Notes: generated by a model from the sequence alone, not told the origin. DNA of 64,000 nucleotides from an uncultured virus (IMG/VR IMGVR_UViG_3300009545_000019) (IMGVR_UViG_3300009545_000019); one strand, 5' to 3'. Counted from the stretch's first letter, positions 40,181-52,104 are shown. Translations and numbers: made by a program.

Positions 40181-42088
40181 CTAGCGCTTCTTCCGCTTCG
40201 CCAAGACGTAGAGGAGTCCTGCGCCGGCCGCTGCGGCGACCACGAGACCTCCTCCAGAACCCGACGATCCCATACGTGCGAGCGCTGCGACGCCGGGGAA
40301 CTTCAGAGTCCCCGCGATCGTGTGGTGGTCATCGGGAGGCGTGTACCCGGGAACCGCGCAGCCAGCGAGGAGCTTCACGCTCGGATCGAGATCTTGCGAC
40401 TGAGCAATCTGCTCGTTCTTCTGATGAAGCGCGATGAGCTTGTCGAGTCGGTCATGGAGCACCGTCGTCGACATAAAGTTGCCGACCATGGCCCATCGCC
40501 AATGCAAAGGCGCGACGTTGCGCGCGATCGTGAGTGACTCGGACACCGAGGCGCCGAGGCGGCGACGCTGCACATACGCGGCGAGGGCATCGGGCGGAAC
40601 CATTGGCGCGTAAAAACGCCCCGACTTCCGCTCCTTCACGTTGTCCGCGTACGTCTGGAGCATCGAGACGAAGTTTGTAATCTGCTGAGGCAACGCCAGC
40701 GCGACAAGCGAAGCGTACGCGCTGATCGAATCAGGCGTCGAAGCACCGGGGACGGCAGGATTCTTCGGCAGGAGGCCCCCCGTCTGCGCTGCGCTCAATA
40801 CGACGCTCGTCGCGGTGTTGATGCCAGCCTGAAGCGGAGATGTTCCGTTCTGAATCGACGTCGTCGCACTCTGGATGTAGCTGTTTGCGGCCTGCGCTCC
40901 TGCTGCCGCCTTCGAGTTGGGAGCAACGTTCTGAACGACTCCGTTCACAGTACCAGCGCCGACGCCGATCGATTTGCCGACGTCTCCCGACGAGATGGCG
41001 GTCCCGGTGTTCACAGCACCTTGGGCCACGGCTTGCCCTGTGTTGACGACCGCAGCAGTAGTCGGCCCGCAGTCGGAGCCGGCGCCCTTCACGATCGTTT
41101 CGCAGATGAGCGTGATGCCTGCTCCGACGTAGCCAGCAACTTGTCCGACCGTGGTCAACGTTCCCACGACGCCACCACCGGCTGCCGCGGTTACTCCGGG
41201 CGTGATGACCCCTGACGTTGTAGCGGCTGCCACGAAAGACCCACCCGCGCCCCCGCCGACGGTCGCCCCGCCCGCAGCTGCTCCACCTCCAGCTGCCGCC
41301 GCGCCCGCCACAGCGCCTCCGACCGACAAGGCGACACCCGCCGCGCAACATGACGCAATCGCCGCGATGCTACCGATGATGAGCGCTTCGATGAACGGAG
41401 GCGGCGCGTTGAGCGGATTCTCCCCCACGCCCGAGATGAGCCATGTGGGGTAAGCAAACTCGACGATCAGGCCCGAGAAAAGCAGATCGTTGTACGTGCC
41501 CTGACCGAAGTGCGCGATGCCATCGATGAGGCTTTTTGGAGAGTCGCCTTCGTGGAATCCGTCGCCGACCCAGTCGTCCGAGTTCGGGTTAAAGTTCTTG
41601 TCCTCGATGACGTAGAACGGCGTCGGCGCCTGAAACCACTTCGCGCCGAATCTCCACGGTGTCGACTGGTAGTGGCTGAACACGTCCTCCGAGACGTACT
41701 TCGAAGCATCGGCCGCGAAGTCCTCGCCGGTGTAGATGAGCGGGCACGTGAAGCCGCCGGTGGTCTTGTACGCGTCGAGGATCTTCGAGTAAAGGCTTGG
41801 GTCCGAATGCGCCAGCTCGTCAGGAGACATCTTCCGCCAGTCGTACTGCGCGAACGGATCGTCCTTGACGTACTGCTTGCCGTCGAAGAAGTAGTTGAGA
41901 TCGGCGAGCGACGTAGGGGCGACCGGTGGAGGAGTGACTCCGACAGATCCGATCAAGGCCGACCGGGCCGCAGGGCTGAGGCTGCCTAGTTTCGTCGTCG
42001 AAGGCGGAGGCGCCTTCTTTCCTCCTCCAGTCAGAAGGAGAAGGCCAGCGACGCCGCCGAGGCCGAGGAGGAGCCCGGTTGATCGCAT
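40181..42088 (-). CDS. Large membrane-associated structural protein (635 aa)
   Basis: Hydrophobic N- and C-termini and a central Ala/Gly hydrophobic region. Confidence 0.7.
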   Translation of the reverse strand: MRSTGLLLGLGGVAGLLLLTGGGKKAPPPSTTKLGSLSPAARSALIGSVGVTPPPVAPTSLADLNYFFDGKQYVKDDPFAQYDWRKMSPDELAHSDPSLYSKILDAYKTTGGFTCPLIYTGEDFAADASKYVSEDVFSHYQSTPWRFGAKWFQAPTPFYVIEDKNFNPNSDDWVGDGFHEGDSPKSLIDGIAHFGQGTYNDLLFSGLIVEFAYPTWLISGVGENPLNAPPPFIEALIIGSIAAIASCCAAGVALSVGGAVAGAAAAGGGAAAGGATVGGGAGGSFVAAATTSGVITPGVTAAAGGGVVGTLTTVGQVAGYVGAGITLICETIVKGAGSDCGPTTAAVVNTGQAVAQGAVNTGTAISSGDVGKSIGVGAGTVNGVVQNVAPNSKAAAGAQAANSYIQSATTSIQNGTSPLQAGINTATSVVLSAAQTGGLLPKNPAVPGASTPDSISAYASLVALALPQQITNFVSMLQTYADNVKERKSGRFYAPMVPPDALAAYVQRRRLGASVSESLTIARNVAPLHWRWAMVGNFMSTTVLHDRLDKLIALHQKNEQIAQSQDLDPSVKLLAGCAVPGYTPPDDHHTIAGTLKFPGVAALARMGSSGSGGGLVVAAAAGAGLLYVLAKRKKR

Positions 42089-42091
42089 CGA

Positions 42092-43773
42092 TCAAGCCTT
42101 CGATTGGAGGAAGGCGTAGTTCGTCTGGTTCGCCGAGCTCTTCGCGCGAATGCATGTCGCAGCCTGCGGAAGGCCCGCGTTATCGAGGACGCTCGCGATG
42201 AACGCGTACCCCTTCGTGTGGCGCGTAATGAGCGCGTCCGAAGGAGCCGACGAGAGAGGCGGATCGCCCGAATAGACCGGCGTGAATGCGAACGCCATCG
42301 GCGCGTCGACGCTCGCCGCGAGCGCAGCGGGAACCTGTCCTGTGTCGCACGCGAAGGGAGACGTGAACGGGACATTCTGCGTGCCGCCGTCGTAGAACGA
42401 CTTCATGATTTCGGTCTGAATCGTGTTGGCCGACTGATCGTACGCCATCTTCAGCGCGAGGCATTGCGCCGCCACCGGGAAGCCTGCCGCCGCAACAGCA
42501 TTGATCTGTCCCTGGCTCACCGAGCCGTTGGGACCATTCAGAGCGGACACGATCTGCGACTGAAGCGAAGCGGGGATGTTCGTCTCGATTGGGCAGGGCG
42601 AGTTGTTCAAGAACGACTGCTGCACCGTGAGAAGCCCGAGGTTCAACTTCGCGATGGGGCCAACGTTGAGCGACGGGCTTGCGCTCGCGAGCGCCGCGTT
42701 GTGAATCGCCGAAAAGATGTCCGTGTTCGCCCCTGGGGCCTTGGGAAGGCCTGGAATGAGGGCTCCCGGATTGATGCCTCCTGTTCCAGCAGGAGGCGCG
42801 GGAGTCGCTGGCGCAGACGATCCCTTCAACGCCAGCGCAGCGACGGCCGCACCGCCGAGCACGAGAAGAAGCAAACCGCCGCTGCTGCTCTTGGCCATGA
42901 TCAAACTCCGGGAGGTGTGTACGTCTGGCTGCTGTACGGCGCGGGTGTGTAGACCGGCGCCGGTGATTGAGGCGTGTACGTCTGGCTGCTGTATCCCGGA
43001 GTGTACACCTGCGATGCGTTCGGGAAGATGGGCGTCGGCGTCGGCGCAACAGGTCCGACCGGCGTCGCGGGACCGAACTGCGCAGCGCGAGCTCGGAGGC
43101 ATGTCGCAGCTTGCGGGAAGCCCGCCGAGTCCAACTGCTGAGCCGTCGAGAGCAGCAACGTCGACGTCGCCCTATCTAGCGGCTGGTTGAGCAGCGCCAT
43201 GAGCTGCGCCTGGTACTGCGCGGGGATCGTCGAGTCGAGCTGACACGTCGGGGGCATCGGAGAAGACGCGGGCCCCGGAGCGGGACCGGGCGCAGGCGCA
43301 GGCGCGGGCGTCGCCTTCGCCGACATCGCATACGCGACCCCGCCGGCCGCGAGGAGCCCGAGAAGAATCAGTCCGCCGTTGCTCTTTGCCATCGTCGTCT
43401 CCTGTCAGGACTTGCGGGCACGAAGGCAGGCCGCGGCCAGCGGGTATCCGCCGAGCTGGTAGAGCTGCGCCACGGTCTCGAGTTCGTCGTTCGTCGGCAG
43501 CGGCGTCGAGGCGAGCATCGCCTGCATGTCCGCCTGGTACTGCTTCGGGAAGTTGTTGTCGACGCGGCAGCCGGCGACGTAGATCGGCGTCGGCGCCGGA
43601 GGCGGAGGAGCGCCTCCTCCACCGCCGCCCCCTCCAGGAACGGGCGTAGGAGGAAGAGGGTTCGGCTTCGGCGGCGCAGGTGCAGCCTTCGCGGGCGACG
43701 ACGAAAGAGCGACCGCGGCGAGAACGCCGACTGCCGCAAGACCAAGAACGAGCCCACCGCTACCTTTTGCCAT
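42092..43773 (-). other. Three paralogous membrane-anchored proteins (42092-42898, 42901-43392, 43405-43773)
   Basis: MAKxxxGG + hydrophobic anchor + Pro linker + C...G(F/Y/L)PxAAxC(L/I) domain. Confidence 0.75.
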
Positions 43774-43992
43774 GACGATCTCTCCTAGGGGCGATCAACG
43801 CCTACAAATCCGAGCCCCTCCAAGAGAGAGGCGAGTGCTTTTTTCACATACGGTGAAGTGGTGGTTGCAAGTACCGCAAAAGCTTGCGACCGCAAATCCC
43901 CGTATCCGTACGGGAAAGGCAGAGTCGTCTGACCTGCGTAGGGACGTGGTACGAATTGGTTCTTCACCGGGAGCTTACCCCAACACGTACGG

Positions 43993-44739
43993 TCACGACA
44001 ACATCACCAGATGAGGCATCGACGCATAATCGACCTGGTCATCGTTGTGCCCACGGAAAGGCGTCTGAATCTTCGCTGTGCTCGGATACGGTGCAGTCCA
44101 CCACCCGTAGATGAGAGCATGCCCCGAAGGCGTCTGCGCATCGGGCATTGCCCAACCCTTTCCGATGTTGTCTACGGCCTGTTTGCCGTCCCATCCGGCA
44201 GCGGTAAGTCGACGATGTACTTCGTCATCGTGGATTTTGTCCCACGCCGGACTTGCGAGCGAGGTGTTGCGCATCTGCTGCGCGGCAGCTTGTACCGCGG
44301 CTCCATCGTGCACGTCGATGCCCGGAAACGCAGCGAGCACCATGGCTTGCGTGGGCAAAGTCACCGGATCGATGTGGAGACCCTCAGCGTGCAGCATGTC
44401 GTACTCAGCGAGCGTCGGGAGTCGAGCGCCGATAGATGCTGCATACGTCAGCCAGTCACGCGGACGAAGGTGCGCGTAGCCCCCCGTCGCCGTGTCGATC
44501 GGTGGAGTCGCCGTGATCTGCGTTCCGTTCGAAAGCGTGTACCATCCGGAAGGATCGATCGCGACGTTCGCTGGATCGGTGAGATACACGCCGGTGTCAG
44601 GCAAACCGCCTCCTCCCCCTCCGCTGCCTCCAACGCCTCCGCCTGGCGCGGGCTGCGCCTGCGCCTTCGACGTCGATCCGACGAGGTAGACCGCAGCGAC
44701 GCCCGCGGCGCCGAGAAGGAGGAGCGTGGTGTTCTTCAT
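43993..44739 (-). CDS. Membrane-anchored hypothetical protein
   Basis: MKNTTLLLLGAAG anchor; ARLPT..EYD, IYGW, H...VDY. Confidence 0.6.
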   Translation of the reverse strand: MKNTTLLLLGAAGVAAVYLVGSTSKAQAQPAPGGGVGGSGGGGGGLPDTGVYLTDPANVAIDPSGWYTLSNGTQITATPPIDTATGGYAHLRPRDWLTYAASIGARLPTLAEYDMLHAEGLHIDPVTLPTQAMVLAAFPGIDVHDGAAVQAAAQQMRNTSLASPAWDKIHDDEVHRRLTAAGWDGKQAVDNIGKGWAMPDAQTPSGHALIYGWWTAPYPSTAKIQTPFRGHNDDQVDYASMPHLVMLS

Positions 44740-44941
44740 TTCTTTCCGAGCTCTTCGACCTCGGTCATGATCCGAAACATGTCGTCGACCGTGAGCGACT
44801 TGCGCACCTTAGCGCGGACGAGCTCGCAGGCGATATGTCCGAGTGGATGCTTGTCCGCGCGCTCGAGTTCGATACGCGCAATCTTCGCGATCTCGCTCAC
44901 CTGCGCGCGGAAGAAGTCCGAGTTCGGATCGAACGGATTGC

Positions 44942-46414
44942 TCACTCCTCGTCGGCGGCGGCGCCCTTGGATGCCGCAGTCTCCTCCTTCGGGGTGCCGT
45001 CGTGGATCTCGCACTCCATCGACCTCACGCCGGTCGTGTTGACCGAATCGGCCGCTTGAATCGGAGCAGGGGCGATGTGGTCGGGCTCTTCGCGCCGAGC
45101 GGGAGCCGATCCCTCATGGATCTCGAATTCGATCGACTTCAGACCGGTCACGTTGACCGCAGGCTCGGGAGCCGGAGCAATGCCATCGGTTTCTTCGGTC
45201 TCGGCTGCGCGCTTGACGGGAACTTTGACAGGGTCGAAGCCCTCGTGGATGAGGAGCCGATCGTCGTCGACCACCGGGGCCCCCGCCGACTTCACGGTCA
45301 CTTCGTTGACCAGTGTAGGATTCCCCTCGGCGCCGTGGATGAAGACCTCCATCGCCTCGTCGCCGCCGATCTCGAGATCGCTCTGGCTGATTTCCGTATC
45401 CATGATGCTTTCCTTTTCTGGCCCAAAATTAGCGAGAGCTACCCGCCCTTGTCAGACGGGTAGCCCCCTAGTCTCGGCAAAACTGCGGGGGATCAGTCTA
45501 CCGATACCTCTTGTGATGTGGCCAGTCCCTCGTGCCAAGGCTCAAGCGTATCACTTCGATGTGAGAAGCTCAAAAAGCTTCTTGGCCTTCTCCGGGTCCT
45601 TCTTCTCGAGCATGCCCATCATCTCGCCGAACATCTCGGGATCGTCCATGACGAGTGTCTTGAGCTGCGCCATGGTCGAATCGTTCGCGGGCGCTCCGTT
45701 CGCGGCAGGTGCCTCCGGGCTGCCCTTCAACTTCGCCACGAGCTTTGCGATCTCCGGCGCAAGAACGGGACCGAGGTGGTTCATGCCACTCGCGAGGATC
45801 ATATCCATTCGACGTTCCTTCGCCTCTCGAACGGCTGCCTCCATCTCACGATGATGCTTCGACGTCTGAAGCATTTCGCGTTCCTCGTCGACCTCGGCAC
45901 GTTCGCTTTGGAACTTCAGGATCTGTTGCGCCTGCGCGCGGTTGACGTCGCGCATGTATTCGACGTTCGAGTGCATGAGCTCGATCGACATACGCATCAG
46001 CGCTTCGTTGTGCCGCATCTGCTGCGCCTGTACGCCGGCCGGCGTCGGGGGTTCTGTCTCGCCAGAGCCCATCCCCTTCTGCGGGAGCGTGTTCTGCGCC
46101 TCTCCGGCGACGACGAACTCCATCCAGCCCTTCGTCCGGACCTTCAGCTTGCCTTGCTCGTTCCTGAAGGTGGCGCGAGCGACGAGACGAATCCTCGCGA
46201 CGTGTGAAGCGGCCTCTGCGGCGTTCTTCACCACGCTCTCCACGTCTTCGACGACGTTTTCGGTCGCCTCGTCTACGGGCCCACCGCGGACCTCGATGTC
46301 CGCCTGCTGGTGCACCGGGCCTTCCAACGAGACGACGAAGACTTGGAACTTCGTCGCGGCCGGCTGGAACGCGATCTCTTTCTTGACGAACCTTCGAACT
46401 TTTTCTTGGTACAT
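44942..46414 (-). other. Acidic protein (44942-45403) and helical protein (45551-46414)
   Basis: Open frames; a hairpin and promoter-like sequence lie between them. Confidence 0.55.
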
Positions 46415-47713
46415 GGACGTCCCCCGACGCCGTGAGGTTTAGATTCCGATGCGCTTCCGGACTCGCCCGAGCGCTCGACCTGCGCGTGACGACAAGCTCT
46501 GACGCTTGCACATCTCTTTGGCCTCGGCGAGCGTATACATCCGACGCCTGTCGACGATGCGCTCGCTCGAACGCGCCGGCAGATAGCGGACGTGGTGGTA
46601 GTCGCGAGCCTCGGCGATCTCGTCCTCGGTGAGCTTCGCTTCGATCTCGTCGAGCTTGTCCGAAAGCGCGGACTGCTCCCTTGAGTCCTTCGCGGCCTTC
46701 AGCCACTTGTGGTGATACTTCACCCACTCCATCTGGCGCTTGCTCATCGCGCTAAATTCCGAGCCAGCCCTTAGCTCGCCTGCCGACACGCTTGACGGCT
46801 CTACCCGCGCGAGAGGCAGCACGCGAGAGGACCAGATCGATCCTTGGCCGACTTGAGTGAGATACATTCAGAACGCGTCATCTCGGAGAACTTGCGGGCC
46901 TTCGACCTTGAAACGGGGTGCTTAAGCACGGTCGACTTCGTCAACGCGGCCGACATCTTCAGATTGGTCTGATCCAGTGTATATTTCTGACCAAGGTTGT
47001 TTGTCAAAAACGTAGCCAGCTCTTTCAGCTCCTCGACAGCCTTCTGAGGAGGCTGACCCTCCAGATAATACCGAACGATGCCCGACCGTGTCGGCCCTTG
47101 AAAAAGCTTGAATAACCGCGAGTAGTCCCCTGTTTGCAGGTACTCTTTGGCTGCTGAGTTGAACTGCGCGTTAGTCGGATTCTTCATTTTCGAGCCTTTC
47201 GCAACACGACCTGCTGCAACGTCCGCAGTCACCGCTTCTTCTTGCGGCGCTTCAGATGACGCTCGAGATCGACGGCTTTGACGGCGCACTTGCCGGGCGC
47301 CTTCAGACCCCGAAGACCTTTGACGCGCCTCTTTCGAAGAAGTGCCTTCAGATCTTCGAGATCGATCGCGCAGATGGCCGAACGTTTCATCGCCGCTTGC
47401 TCGACCGGGCCATCCGCTCCTTCGCGGCCTTCAAGCTGAGCGGCGCGATCTTCGCGGCTTGCTCACGCGTGGGATACCTGTCCCTCATACGTTTCAGGTA
47501 CAGCTCGTTCAAGTGCTGCACCGAGAAGGCATGGCGCGGGTCGTGGCCGACCTCTTTCATGAGCCGACTCAGCTCACGATCGAAGTCAGCCTGCGCTCGT
47601 TCGAAAGCCGCCTGTTTGGCCGGCGTCTTGTCGGCGAGATACGCGCGGTAAGCCTCGCTGAACGCCTTGTGCGTTCGACGGACTTCAGGGTCGGCCCACT
47701 CGATCGCCATGGA

Positions 47714-48535
47714 CTACCGCCGGGTCGGCAGCTCCATCAGCTGCTTCGCTCGCTTCAGGCTGATGGTCTTGCTGCCCGACAGCGACTTGACGCGTCCCGA
47801 AGGCGGCGCGGTGCCCTTGTAGGAGTGCTCGGTGAACGTCTCCCAATTGTGCGGGCCGCCCGCATGACTCCAATGCTCGCGAAGCGTGTGACGCTCACCG
47901 CAGAGCGAGCAGCGCGACGAACCGCGATGCGCCCCGACCGTGATACCACCACGAGGGCCTCGGAAGGCGCCGCGAACGGCGGCCTGACGACGAGCCTTGC
48001 GAGACTTCGGCTTCTCTCGACGTTCCTCCCCACGAGAGCGCTTGTTCGCCGCAAGCATTCGGGCGGTTGCGGCCTTCTGCGCTGTGGTGCGCGGCTTCTT
48101 GCGTCCCTTCGAGGCCTTGCGGGGCTTGCGCACCACCTTGACGTCGATCTCCACCTCGGAACTACGGACGGTGCTCTTGCGAGCCCGCGCCGCGAGCATC
48201 CTCTTGGTGGCCGCCTTCTGCGCGGCGCTTCGAGGCTTCTTGGCCTTCGGCGCTTTCCGCTTCGGCGCCTTGCGCTTGTTCGCCGCGAGCATTTTCGCGG
48301 TGGCAGCTTTCTGCGCGGCGCTACGAGGCTTCTTTCGGCCCTTCGAGGTCTTTGACTGCTTCTTCATCTTCTTTTTGCCGGCCATGTATTCCTCGCGTTC
48401 CTTCGCAAGACGCGCCCTTTCGCGCTCGTCGAGCTTCTTGGCTGACGCCTTTGACATGCGTCGCTTCTTCTGCGCGGACCCGGCGCCGAGCGGCCCACGG
48501 TAGGATTGGTATGCGAGTTCCATTGCTGACGGCAT
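47714..48535 (-). CDS. Highly basic histone-like/core protein
   Basis: Three copies of KKPR(S/T)(A/T)AQKAATxxMLAA; very Lys/Arg-rich. Confidence 0.7.
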   Translation of the reverse strand: MPSAMELAYQSYRGPLGAGSAQKKRRMSKASAKKLDERERARLAKEREEYMAGKKKMKKQSKTSKGRKKPRSAAQKAATAKMLAANKRKAPKRKAPKAKKPRSAAQKAATKRMLAARARKSTVRSSEVEIDVKVVRKPRKASKGRKKPRTTAQKAATARMLAANKRSRGEERREKPKSRKARRQAAVRGAFRGPRGGITVGAHRGSSRCSLCGERHTLREHWSHAGGPHNWETFTEHSYKGTAPPSGRVKSLSGSKTISLKRAKQLMELPTRR

Positions 48536-48759
48536 GATTCCCTCACTCTACCTCGCATCTAGCGAGGCTGAATAGTCACTTCCAGCAGAAGCGAGCTCCC
48601 AGAGGGCCCGGGTAGTTCGCGTAGGCCGCTCGAAGAGCCATCTCACGCGAGGACATCGTCAAGAGACCGATACCGATTGGACCCGGGTACGCCTTGTAAG
48701 CCAACTTCCACGCCTCTTCTGTCGCCTTGTTCATGATCGTTCTCCCCGTTCTCTGCGCA

Positions 48760-49149
48760 TCAAGCGGTCGGCGCCGTCGATGGCGATTTCCGCAGCAAGA
48801 GGTAAGCGGCAAGCACGACGCCCCCTCCGACGAGTAGCTTGGTCATGAGGCTCGACTGCTCTTCTTCGGCCTTCTTCTCGGCCCGAAGCTCAGCGCGGCG
48901 CTCACGCTCCTCGCGCAAGATCTGTCGCTCGTGCATCTCGAGACGTTTCATCTCGAGGAACTCGGGCGTGATGTGCAGCGAGTCGGCGACGTTGCCCTTC
49001 GAGTCCTTGATGTGCGTCACCGACAGGCCGTCGCCCGGCGCATCGGCGACGAGCGCCTTCGCCTTTACAGGTCGACCGCTGCCGAGACGCGGCGAACGAA
49101 TGCTCGCCATGTACGCGCGGGCCTCAGGGGATCCTTTCGGGTATCTCAT
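48760..49149 (-). CDS. Structural protein with KGSPEARAYMASIR motif and C-terminal TM
   Basis: Motif at the N-terminus; LLVGGGVVLAAYLLL at the C-terminus. Confidence 0.65.
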   Translation of the reverse strand: MRYPKGSPEARAYMASIRSPRLGSGRPVKAKALVADAPGDGLSVTHIKDSKGNVADSLHITPEFLEMKRLEMHERQILREERERRAELRAEKKAEEEQSSLMTKLLVGGGVVLAAYLLLRKSPSTAPTA

Positions 49150-49958
49150 TTCCTTGACGCCAGAAGGAAGATCCCACCGCCGACGAGAAGAAGCAACGCG
49201 GCCGAATTGAAGAGGTCGCTCGTCTCGGGGAACGTCGGGAGCTTCGGGAGTCCCTGCACGTTCGTGAGATCGGGAGGAGCGCCCGGATCGGGCGTATTCT
49301 TCAGGCCTCGAGTGTCGGCATTGTGCGCGTAGTCGACCAACTCCTTGTGGTACTGCTGCATCTCAGGGAGCCGCGAATAGGTCCACTCGGTCGCCTGCTG
49401 CCAGAGACCGTCTTGCAGAATCTGCGCAGCGCGATCGTGGAAGCCCTGACTCCAGATGGGCCACGTGTCGCCGAGCAGACTGCCTGTGACGGTCTTGTTC
49501 CATGCATCGGCCTTGTCGAGCTGATCGTAGTACTCGGCGTGGCACGTGCGCGCGGCCTGATCGACGGTGATCTGGCCGGCGTCGATCTGCGCGGTGAGAT
49601 CGGCGACCTGCTTCGGCGTGCACCCGGCGCCGCCGTTGTCCCACTTCGAAGCGTCATGCCAATCGGCCCACGCCTGGTCCATCTCCTTGACGCGAGCGAG
49701 GACGTACGACGTGTACGCGAGAAGGTCTTTCGTCGTCCAGTCTCCGGTCACCATGTTGACGTACGGAGGCGGAGGAGCCGTCGTCGAGTAGCCGAACCTC
49801 GGGGTCTTGTCGCCGCCGCAACAGGGCTTCGCGGCTGGATTGACCTTCGCTGCCTCGGCGCATCCGTCGCAGCACGGCTTTGCAGCACCGAAGCGCGCAT
49901 GACCGTCGTCGCGCCGCAGGTGCTGCAAAGCCGTCATGAAATCGGCGTACGCGTTCAT
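49146..49958 (-). CDS. Structural protein with C-terminal membrane anchor
   Basis: ATG 49958 overlaps the upstream stop; ends ALLLLVGGGIFLLASRK. Confidence 0.65.
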   Translation of the reverse strand: MNAYADFMTALQHLRRDDGHARFGAAKPCCDGCAEAAKVNPAAKPCCGGDKTPRFGYSTTAPPPPYVNMVTGDWTTKDLLAYTSYVLARVKEMDQAWADWHDASKWDNGGAGCTPKQVADLTAQIDAGQITVDQAARTCHAEYYDQLDKADAWNKTVTGSLLGDTWPIWSQGFHDRAAQILQDGLWQQATEWTYSRLPEMQQYHKELVDYAHNADTRGLKNTPDPGAPPDLTNVQGLPKLPTFPETSDLFNSAALLLLVGGGIFLLASRK

Positions 49959-50255
49959 CAGTGGACCTCGGTCGAGCGGCCGGTCATCTCGTCGAGCTCG
50001 ATCGTCACGCGATGAACCATGTCGGCCAATCGAACCAGCTTCTCTCGAGAGAGAGTCTTCGAAAATGCTTTCTTGAAGGCGTCGGTGAAATCTTCTGAAC
50101 CGTACTCCTGGGCGAACGTCAACCCTGTAGACACGATCCCCGCAGCAATCGCCTTCTTCAGCGCGCACCGCCAGCACCGATGCTCGTCGTCGCTCCCGCC
50201 GTGATGGCCCGGCGCCGTCTTCTCTTCGGGGACCTTTTGCGTCGATGCGTTCATG

Positions 50256-50609
50256 TTACACCGGAATATACAGCGAAACGCCTCGGTGCACGTAGCCCTT
50301 GATGAAATTCGGCGGATGCCACTCCACACGAGCGAGAACCTGTTGCGTGCCGAACGTGCGCGTCGTCGTCGACTCGAGCGGATACGTCGCCGTGTCGTGA
50401 AGAATCGAGACGGCCCACGCGGTCATCTCCGGCGTCACCATGCTCTGCTGCATCGGCGTCCATCCAGGAGGGAACACGTAGTTCGGTGCGACGTCAGGAG
50501 GTGTCGGATCGGTCGACGTCGGCGCGGACGCACTTGAGCTCGAACTCGAAAGCGCGAACGCTGCCACGCCGGCGCCTGCGAGTAGAAGAAGAAGCGTTCC
50601 GCCCTTCAT
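50256..50609 (-). CDS. Membrane-anchored hypothetical protein
   Basis: Hydrophobic N-terminus; ARVEWH...HRGVSLY. Confidence 0.65.
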   Translation of the reverse strand: MKGGTLLLLLAGAGVAAFALSSSSSSASAPTSTDPTPPDVAPNYVFPPGWTPMQQSMVTPEMTAWAVSILHDTATYPLESTTTRTFGTQQVLARVEWHPPNFIKGYVHRGVSLYIPV

Positions 50610-51238
50610 ACCGACAACCTGCCGATCGGATTCCCGCTCGAATCGTAGAGCCGGCCGTACACGTACGCGCGAACGTCGCCGGCTGTGACGTACCCCTTCT
50701 GACCACGGTCGTAGTTGTGGAAGAAGTTGTACGTGCTCGTGCCGCCCGGGATGACGATCGCATCGTCGGGTAGCGTGACCTTCCAGCCGCCACCGGCGAT
50801 AGCAGGGTCGGTCTTATAGCCGGGCGAACGAATGATCGTGTTTCGCACGGCTTCGAGCTGCTGAATGCCGGTCATCTGCCGGAGCTCGTCCGCGGTGTAG
50901 CCCGTGTACGCCGGAGCGTACCTCGGAAGCCACTGAAGGAAGCCCGAACCGCCGTCGCCGGGCTCGAGAGCATCGGGCCTGAACCCGCTCTCCTCGCTGA
51001 TGAGAGCCGCAAGCTTGTCGCCGTCTGCACCGGTCTCCTGGATGACGCCGAGGAGCGCCGAGATGAAGCCGGGCTCGGCGGCTTCACGCTGACGAAGCCC
51101 AGGGAGATCGGGCAGCGAGCCCGAGGCGTACGTCGGCGTCCACGAAGAAGAGATCACGCTGTCTCCCGAACCGATCGCGATCACCAGACCGAGCGCGGCG
51201 AACCCGAGCAGAATCTTCGCCGCGTCCCCGTCCTTCAT
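50606..51238 (-). CDS. Membrane-anchored lytic transglycosylase-like protein
   Basis: LISEESGFRPDA, GSGFLQW, ELRQMTGIQQL, YDRGQKGYVT. Confidence 0.7.
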   Translation of the reverse strand: MKDGDAAKILLGFAALGLVIAIGSGDSVISSSWTPTYASGSLPDLPGLRQREAAEPGFISALLGVIQETGADGDKLAALISEESGFRPDALEPGDGGSGFLQWLPRYAPAYTGYTADELRQMTGIQQLEAVRNTIIRSPGYKTDPAIAGGGWKVTLPDDAIVIPGGTSTYNFFHNYDRGQKGYVTAGDVRAYVYGRLYDSSGNPIGRLSV

Positions 51239-52104
51239 GCGCGGGCCTGATGCGCTCGAACCGCGAGCGCGAACGCCTCGGTTGCTCCGGGCGAAGGCGC
51301 GGCGGCGCCGAACGAACTTCCGTACGAAGCGCCCGCCGTCGCGTACTGCGCCATCGCTCCGTGGATGGCGTCCATCATCTTCTGCGCGAGCTGCGCCGGA
51401 GTCTCCGAACCGGTCCATTCCATGGCGAGCTTCATCACCTTCGCCTTGAGGAACGAAAGCCCTCGAGCGACGCGGTGCACGCCGTCCATCACCATGTAGG
51501 CCTCGATGGCCATCGGATCGCCCTGCGACATACCTTGCGCGAGCATACGAAGGTGCTCGATCGCAGCGTGCGCACGCTGGTGCACGGCCGTGAGGAGCTG
51601 ATGCGCGGCGGCGACCTGGTTCAGCCGGTACACGGCCATCTGCGCCGCGGGCACGCCGGCCTGCGCGTCGCGCACGAGCATCGGATGAACCTGGCCCGTC
51701 CAGTACGCGTGGATGGCTTGTCCGATGTCTGCAACCGGAGACGAATACGCACCGAAGGAGACGACGGCCGCTTGCGCTTCGGGGTCTTGCGCGACCTCCA
51801 TGGCGGCAGCCATCGGGACGTCGGAGTAACCCCACACCTCAGCGTAGGGATTCGCTCCGCCGAACGCGACCGAATGGCCCGCCGAGCGCACAGCGTTCTC
51901 GAGCTTCGCCCCGAGCGCATCGCTCGCGTAGAGCGTCATAACGACGGGCTGCTCATGAATCTGGAACCCGAGATCGACCGTCCATCGGCCGTCCGCCGCC
52001 TGCACCGGCTTCGAAACTGAAAACATGGGTTCCATTTCGTTCTCTTGGGGCTCGACCCGTTCGGTGGACTTCAGCCAGGACAAAAGGAGCAGCAGCGGAA
52101 GCAA
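51235..52104 (-). CDS. Hypothetical structural protein
   Basis: 289-aa ORF in the structural operon; start uncertain. Confidence 0.6.
   Translation of the reverse strand: MLPLLLLLSWLKSTERVEPQENEMEPMFSVSKPVQAADGRWTVDLGFQIHEQPVVMTLYASDALGAKLENAVRSAGHSVAFGGANPYAEVWGYSDVPMAAAMEVAQDPEAQAAVVSFGAYSSPVADIGQAIHAYWTGQVHPMLVRDAQAGVPAAQMAVYRLNQVAAAHQLLTAVHQRAHAAIEHLRMLAQGMSQGDPMAIEAYMVMDGVHRVARGLSFLKAKVMKLAMEWTGSETPAQLAQKMMDAIHGAMAQYATAGASYGSSFGAAAPSPGATEAFALAVRAHQARA

Noticed and set aside
40181..42088. Tape measure protein
   Set aside because: Has terminal membrane anchors, no periodic aromatic repeats and no neighbouring tail genes.
45521..45540. TGGCACG on the minus strand as a third sigma54 promoter
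   Set aside because: No GC at the -12 position.
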